From: Acidobacteriota bacterium | GTDB taxonomy: Bacteria; Acidobacteriota; UBA890; WLXD01 | Direction: 5' to 3' | Assembly: GCA_963666055.2 (NCBI GenBank) | Contig: CAXWPH010000007.1 | Coordinates: 96,001 to 160,000, forward strand | DNA: 64,000 nucleotides | In this document: positions 59,958 through 64,000 of the stretch, piece by piece | Numbering within the stretch: the stretch's first letter is position 1 | How the letters are laid out: every line of letters starts with the position of its first letter | Program-made: the position numbers and the translations under genes | Notes under the pieces: model-generated | Database searches by the model: none | Told to the model about the DNA's origin: nothing | What the model saw: the letters and a program-made list of their open reading frames with translations, nothing else

Positions 59958-61589
59958 ATGACAACGAGCAAGCTCCTCGCCGCAACCCTGATAATCGCCT
60001 GCAGCGCGGCGGGAGCTGGTGGCCCGCGAAGCGCCGCGGCACAGACTCAGGCATCGAACTATTCCGAGCTGCTGGAGATCTTCGGCGACTTCCGCGCCCT
60101 CGAGCGTCCGCCGGTCGCGAACGGGGTCCCCGATTTCGGCGGCGATGCCATGCGCCGGCAGTATCAGGCGCTCGGACGGCTCCGACGCACGTTCGACGCG
60201 CTTGCCGTTGACGCCTGGCCGGTCGGCCAGAAGGTCGATTACCTGCTGGTCCGCGGCGAGATGAACGGCCTCGATTTTTATCACCGAGTGCTGCGGCCGT
60301 GGTCTCGCGACCCCGGGTTCTATCTGCAGACGATGGGCGGATCGGGACCATCGTGGAGGGGTGTGCGGATCAACGATCTGCCGATGCCGCCAGCCGAGCT
60401 GCCGGCAGTGCTGCAGGCGTTGGAGGCAGTTCCGACACTCCTGTCCGCGGCGCGCGACAACCTGCGCAACGTTCCGGCCGACCTGGTGACGCTGGCGCTG
60501 CATTACCTGCATGAAGAAGTGGCGTTCTTCGAGCGCATTCGTGATACCGCCGGCGGTCACCATCCGGAGCTGGTCGATCCGGCCGAAGCAGCGCGCGGCG
60601 CCGTAGTCGCTTATGGCGAGTGGCTAGAGAGCAACCGCGGACGCATGAACGGCCGGGCCGGCATCGGCAAGGACAACTACGACTGGTGGCTGCGCAACGT
60701 CCAGCTCGTGCCCTACACCTGGGACGACTTTCGCGAGATCGTCACTCGCGAGGACGAGCGCGTGCTCACCTACCTCGAGCTGGAGCGCAATCGTAATCGC
60801 CATCTGCCCGAGCTCGAGCCAGTGGCGACTGCGGAGGAGCACGCTCGCCGAAAACGAGCCGCGCTCGAGTTCGCCATGCGATTCTTGAGCGAATCGGAGA
60901 TCGCTACCATTCCCGACTACCTCGACGCCAGCGGCTATCTGTCGCGCGGGCCGCTGCAGCCTCCAGCGGTCTGGCCGCGCCCGGAGACCGACTTCTTCGA
61001 TCAGACCGGCGACCGCGAGCCGCTGCCCGAGCAGGTGCACGAATTCATCGGCCACTACTTCGACAACCAGCAACAGCAGCGCGACGAGCGCGTTATCCGC
61101 GGTGCCGAGCGGCTGTTCGCCATGGACATGATCCGCCTCGAAGGCTGGGCCTTCGGCCTCGAGGAGCTGCTGATGCACTCTGGCTACCTCGATGAGCGGT
61201 CGCCCCGAGGACGCGAGATCGTCTACATGCAGACGGCTTTCCGCTCCTGTCGCGCCATCGCCGATCAGAACATGCACGCCAACGACTTCACCCTCCAAGA
61301 GGCCATCGACTACTGCTACGCCTGCGCGCCCAACGGCTGGCTGTTACCCGACGGCTACCACGTCTGGTACGAGATGGCGACGAACCTGCGCTTCCCCGGC
61401 TGGCACTCCGGGATGGTCATCGGGAAGAGCCAGTTCATCAAGCTGTTCGGCGATCGCGTGCGCCAGCTGGGCCCTGACTTCGTACTGCGCGACTTCGTCG
61501 ACGAGTTTCTCGCCGCCGGCGGCATCCCGTTCTCGCTCATCCGCTGGGAAATGACCGGGCTCGACGACGAGATCCAGAAGCTCTGGTGA
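59958..61589 (+). CDS. DUF885 family protein
   Basis: Signal peptide, HEFIGH, EGWA-x3-E and GK-x-Q...F-x-D-x-FL-x2-G-x-IP motifs. Confidence 0.85.
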   Translation: MTTSKLLAATLIIACSAAGAGGPRSAAAQTQASNYSELLEIFGDFRALERPPVANGVPDFGGDAMRRQYQALGRLRRTFDALAVDAWPVGQKVDYLLVRGEMNGLDFYHRVLRPWSRDPGFYLQTMGGSGPSWRGVRINDLPMPPAELPAVLQALEAVPTLLSAARDNLRNVPADLVTLALHYLHEEVAFFERIRDTAGGHHPELVDPAEAARGAVVAYGEWLESNRGRMNGRAGIGKDNYDWWLRNVQLVPYTWDDFREIVTREDERVLTYLELERNRNRHLPELEPVATAEEHARRKRAALEFAMRFLSESEIATIPDYLDASGYLSRGPLQPPAVWPRPETDFFDQTGDREPLPEQVHEFIGHYFDNQQQQRDERVIRGAERLFAMDMIRLEGWAFGLEELLMHSGYLDERSPRGREIVYMQTAFRSCRAIADQNMHANDFTLQEAIDYCYACAPNGWLLPDGYHVWYEMATNLRFPGWHSGMVIGKSQFIKLFGDRVRQLGPDFVLRDFVDEFLAAGGIPFSLIRWEMTGLDDEIQKLW

Positions 61590-62548
61590 GCGCCCCACTG
61601 TACGTCGTGATCGGGGTCACCGGGCCCATGGGCGCGGCGGTTGCGCGGCGCCTCATCGAAGCTGGCCGCCGCGTCCGCGGCATCAACCGTAGTGGTCGCG
61701 GCCAGGTGCCAGAGGGCGTCGAGCTGGTCGCCGCCGATATCAAGGACGTCGACGCCGCGCGCGAGGCGTGCTCGGGGGCAAGCGTGCTGTTTCAGTGCGC
61801 CAGCGCCCCATACATGGACTGGTCCGACCCGGACAACCCGCAACCGTTGCGTTGGACCAACGAGACCGAGCACCTGCCGGCGATCACCGAGGGCACGATC
61901 GCCGCCGCTGCCGCTGCCGGCGCGCGCATTGTCTACGGCGACAACTACTATATATACGGTCCCGTCGACGGCCCGTTGACCGAGGACCATCCCTGGAACG
62001 CCAGCGACGAGAAGGGGCTGGCGCGCGTCGGCGTGGCGCGGCGCCTGCTCGACGCCCACGCGGCGAACGAAGTGGCGGTGACCATCGGCTGCGCCTCCGA
62101 CTTCTTTGGCCCCGAGGTGCTCAACTCCACCACCGGCGATCGATTGTTCGTACCGGCGCTTCGCGGCGAGCAGGCGGAAATCCTCGGTGCGGACGACGCC
62201 CTGCACAGCTACTCGTTTATCGACGATGTCGCCACGGGGCTGGTGACGCTCGGCGACCGAACTGAGGCTCTCGGACAGGTCTGGAACCTACCCAACGACG
62301 CGCCCGTGACCCCGCGGCGCTTCTTCGAGATCGTTTACGAGGAGGCTGGGCACGACCCAGCTACCAAGGTGGCCGACGACAGCCTGCGGCGCAGTCGGGG
62401 GTACGAGGCACACCTTCTGGACCGGCCCTTCATCGTCGACCACACGAAGTTCGACGGGGCCTTCGGCGCCCATCCGACGCCGCTACGACAGGCGATACGC
62501 GCGACCGTCGAGTGGTTCCGTCAGCGCCAGCGCGCCGGAGCAGCATGA
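61586..62548 (+). CDS. NAD-dependent epimerase/dehydratase family protein
   Basis: GVTGPMG, NRSG, YIYG, KG-x2-R and DFFGP motifs. Confidence 0.88.
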   Translation: MSAPLYVVIGVTGPMGAAVARRLIEAGRRVRGINRSGRGQVPEGVELVAADIKDVDAAREACSGASVLFQCASAPYMDWSDPDNPQPLRWTNETEHLPAITEGTIAAAAAAGARIVYGDNYYIYGPVDGPLTEDHPWNASDEKGLARVGVARRLLDAHAANEVAVTIGCASDFFGPEVLNSTTGDRLFVPALRGEQAEILGADDALHSYSFIDDVATGLVTLGDRTEALGQVWNLPNDAPVTPRRFFEIVYEEAGHDPATKVADDSLRRSRGYEAHLLDRPFIVDHTKFDGAFGAHPTPLRQAIRATVEWFRQRQRAGAA

Positions 62549-63303
62549 CGACTTCTGACACTGCTGAGGAACGTGTGGCGGTGGTCACCGGAGGCGCCAG
62601 TGGGCTCGGAGCCGGCATCGTGAAGCACCTGGCGGCGCGCGAATTCGGGGTTTGTCTGAACTACCTCACCGAGGACAAGGCGCTGCGCGTCGAGCGTGAC
62701 ATCCACGACGCCGGCCCGGCCCGTCTGCTCAAGTACCGCGCCGACGTCAGCCAGCGCGATCAGGTGCGCGCCATGTTCGATGCGGTGATCGACCGCTTCG
62801 GCCGTGTCGATGTGTTGATCAACGGTGCCGGATTCAACCGCGACGCGCCCTTCATGGAGCTCACCGACGAACAGTTCGACAGCGTCGTCGCCGTGCACCT
62901 GCGAGGCCACTTCATCTGCTCGCAGGAGTTCGTGTTCCACAATCCGGATCGCGATGGGCTGATCTTGAATTTCGCCGCGCCATGCGGTGCCGAGGGTCGT
63001 GCGAACGGCGCCAACTTCTGCAGCGCCAAGGGCGGAATTCTGGCGCTGACCAAGTGCATGGCCCTCGAGCTGGGGCCGAGGATCCGCGTCAACTGCCTGC
63101 AACCCGGCTCGATCAAGACACCCGAAGTGATTGAACGCTATGGTCTCGATAGCAGCACCGGCGTGGAGCGCGAGCTCGCCAAGCTGCCGGTGGGTCGTTT
63201 GGGCGAGCTGGCGGATGTGGCCCACATGGTCGACACGATCCTCGAGGCTCGTTTCACTACCGGCGCCTGCTTCCACGTCAACGGCGGCCAGTTCATGCAG
63301 TAG
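62545..63303 (+). CDS. SDR family oxidoreductase (atypical active site)
   Basis: TGGASGLG, INGAG, FCSAK in place of YxxxK, and VNGG. Confidence 0.88.
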   Translation: MTTSDTAEERVAVVTGGASGLGAGIVKHLAAREFGVCLNYLTEDKALRVERDIHDAGPARLLKYRADVSQRDQVRAMFDAVIDRFGRVDVLINGAGFNRDAPFMELTDEQFDSVVAVHLRGHFICSQEFVFHNPDRDGLILNFAAPCGAEGRANGANFCSAKGGILALTKCMALELGPRIRVNCLQPGSIKTPEVIERYGLDSSTGVERELAKLPVGRLGELADVAHMVDTILEARFTTGACFHVNGGQFMQ

Positions 63304-63360
63304 CCCACCCCCCGACTGGATGAAGATGCGCCTCGATCTGAGCGACCAGGGAGGTACCGA

Positions 63361-64000
63361 ATGAAGCGGACGAGAAAGTCGATGCAAGGACTGCGGCTGG
63401 CCGCAGCTGCCGTAGTCGCCGTTGCCGTAGCCACCGTTGCCCTGGGAGGCACGGCATCGGGCGGCCCCCAGGTCGAAGGCGTGGACGCTCCGTACACTTG
63501 GTTCAATCTCGAGCGCGCCCTGCGTGACTCCCAGGCCCTCATCGACAAGCTCGGACACGACGACAACGGCATGCCGTCGTTCCAGCGTCTGGTCGACCGG
63601 GGCAGCGAGATGCTGTCGGCGCGTTCGGCGTCGCTACGGGAGGTCTCCGGCATCGTCGTCGAGCTCATCGCCTGGCAGTACTTCTTCACCCCCTCCGACC
63701 AGCACATCCCGCCGGTGCCGCTGATCGACACGGGCCACGCGATCGTCGCGCCGCCGCCTGGGGTGCATCCGTTCTACAAGAAGTACCTGAACGCCTACGA
63801 CGACGACTGGACCCAGGGCATCGCCATCATCACCTCGGAGCGCGTTCCGGACCGCGCCCTCCGCAAGGTCGAGCAAACCGTCAACTGGCTGTTAAGCGCC
63901 CGGCCCGACCTGCGTCAGGCGATGAGCTCCAACAACATCCGCGTTGCCGTGCGCGGCGTGGCCGAGGCCCGCGACAACTCCGACCATCCCGGCAATATCG
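63361..64000 (+). CDS. Exported hypothetical protein, runs off window end
   Basis: GGAGG RBS; MKRTRKSMQGLRLAAAAVVAV signal; open to the end, including PFYKKYLNA...GIAII-x-S-x2-VPD-x-AL. Confidence 0.75.
   Translation, partial: MKRTRKSMQGLRLAAAAVVAVAVATVALGGTASGGPQVEGVDAPYTWFNLERALRDSQALIDKLGHDDNGMPSFQRLVDRGSEMLSARSASLREVSGIVVELIAWQYFFTPSDQHIPPVPLIDTGHAIVAPPPGVHPFYKKYLNAYDDDWTQGIAIITSERVPDRALRKVEQTVNWLLSARPDLRQAMSSNNIRVAVRGVAEARDNSDHPGNI

Overview
GC-rich bacterial chromosomal window. The gene content resembles Acidobacteriota, but that is an inference. About 1-16.7 kb and 23-33 kb are core-like: cysS, ribF, a complete ccm cytochrome c maturation operon with a CxxxY-type CcmE, deoB, moaADE, tRNA-Phe, an NSS transporter, recA, a two-gene microcompartment satellite (shell hexamer plus aldehyde dehydrogenase) and an mltD-like gene. 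There are two accessory regions. A small one (about 18-23 kb) lies downstream of tRNA-Phe and carries rtcB and a PAS hybrid kinase. A decayed island (33.4-45.2 kb) starts exactly where comM is truncated and ends at an IS6 element. It contains a tRNA-fMet remnant, a quinohemoprotein, a Tat-signal Rieske oxygenase, ParA remnants, and an unexplained array of four 36-bp hairpin repeats that delimit small-gene segments and two ~300-bp structured non-coding copies. The last 19 kb holds catabolic genes and a TRAP transporter, including an unannotated deiodinase-like selenoprotein (in-frame TGA plus a SECIS-like hairpin). All calls come from reading motifs by eye; no database searches were run.
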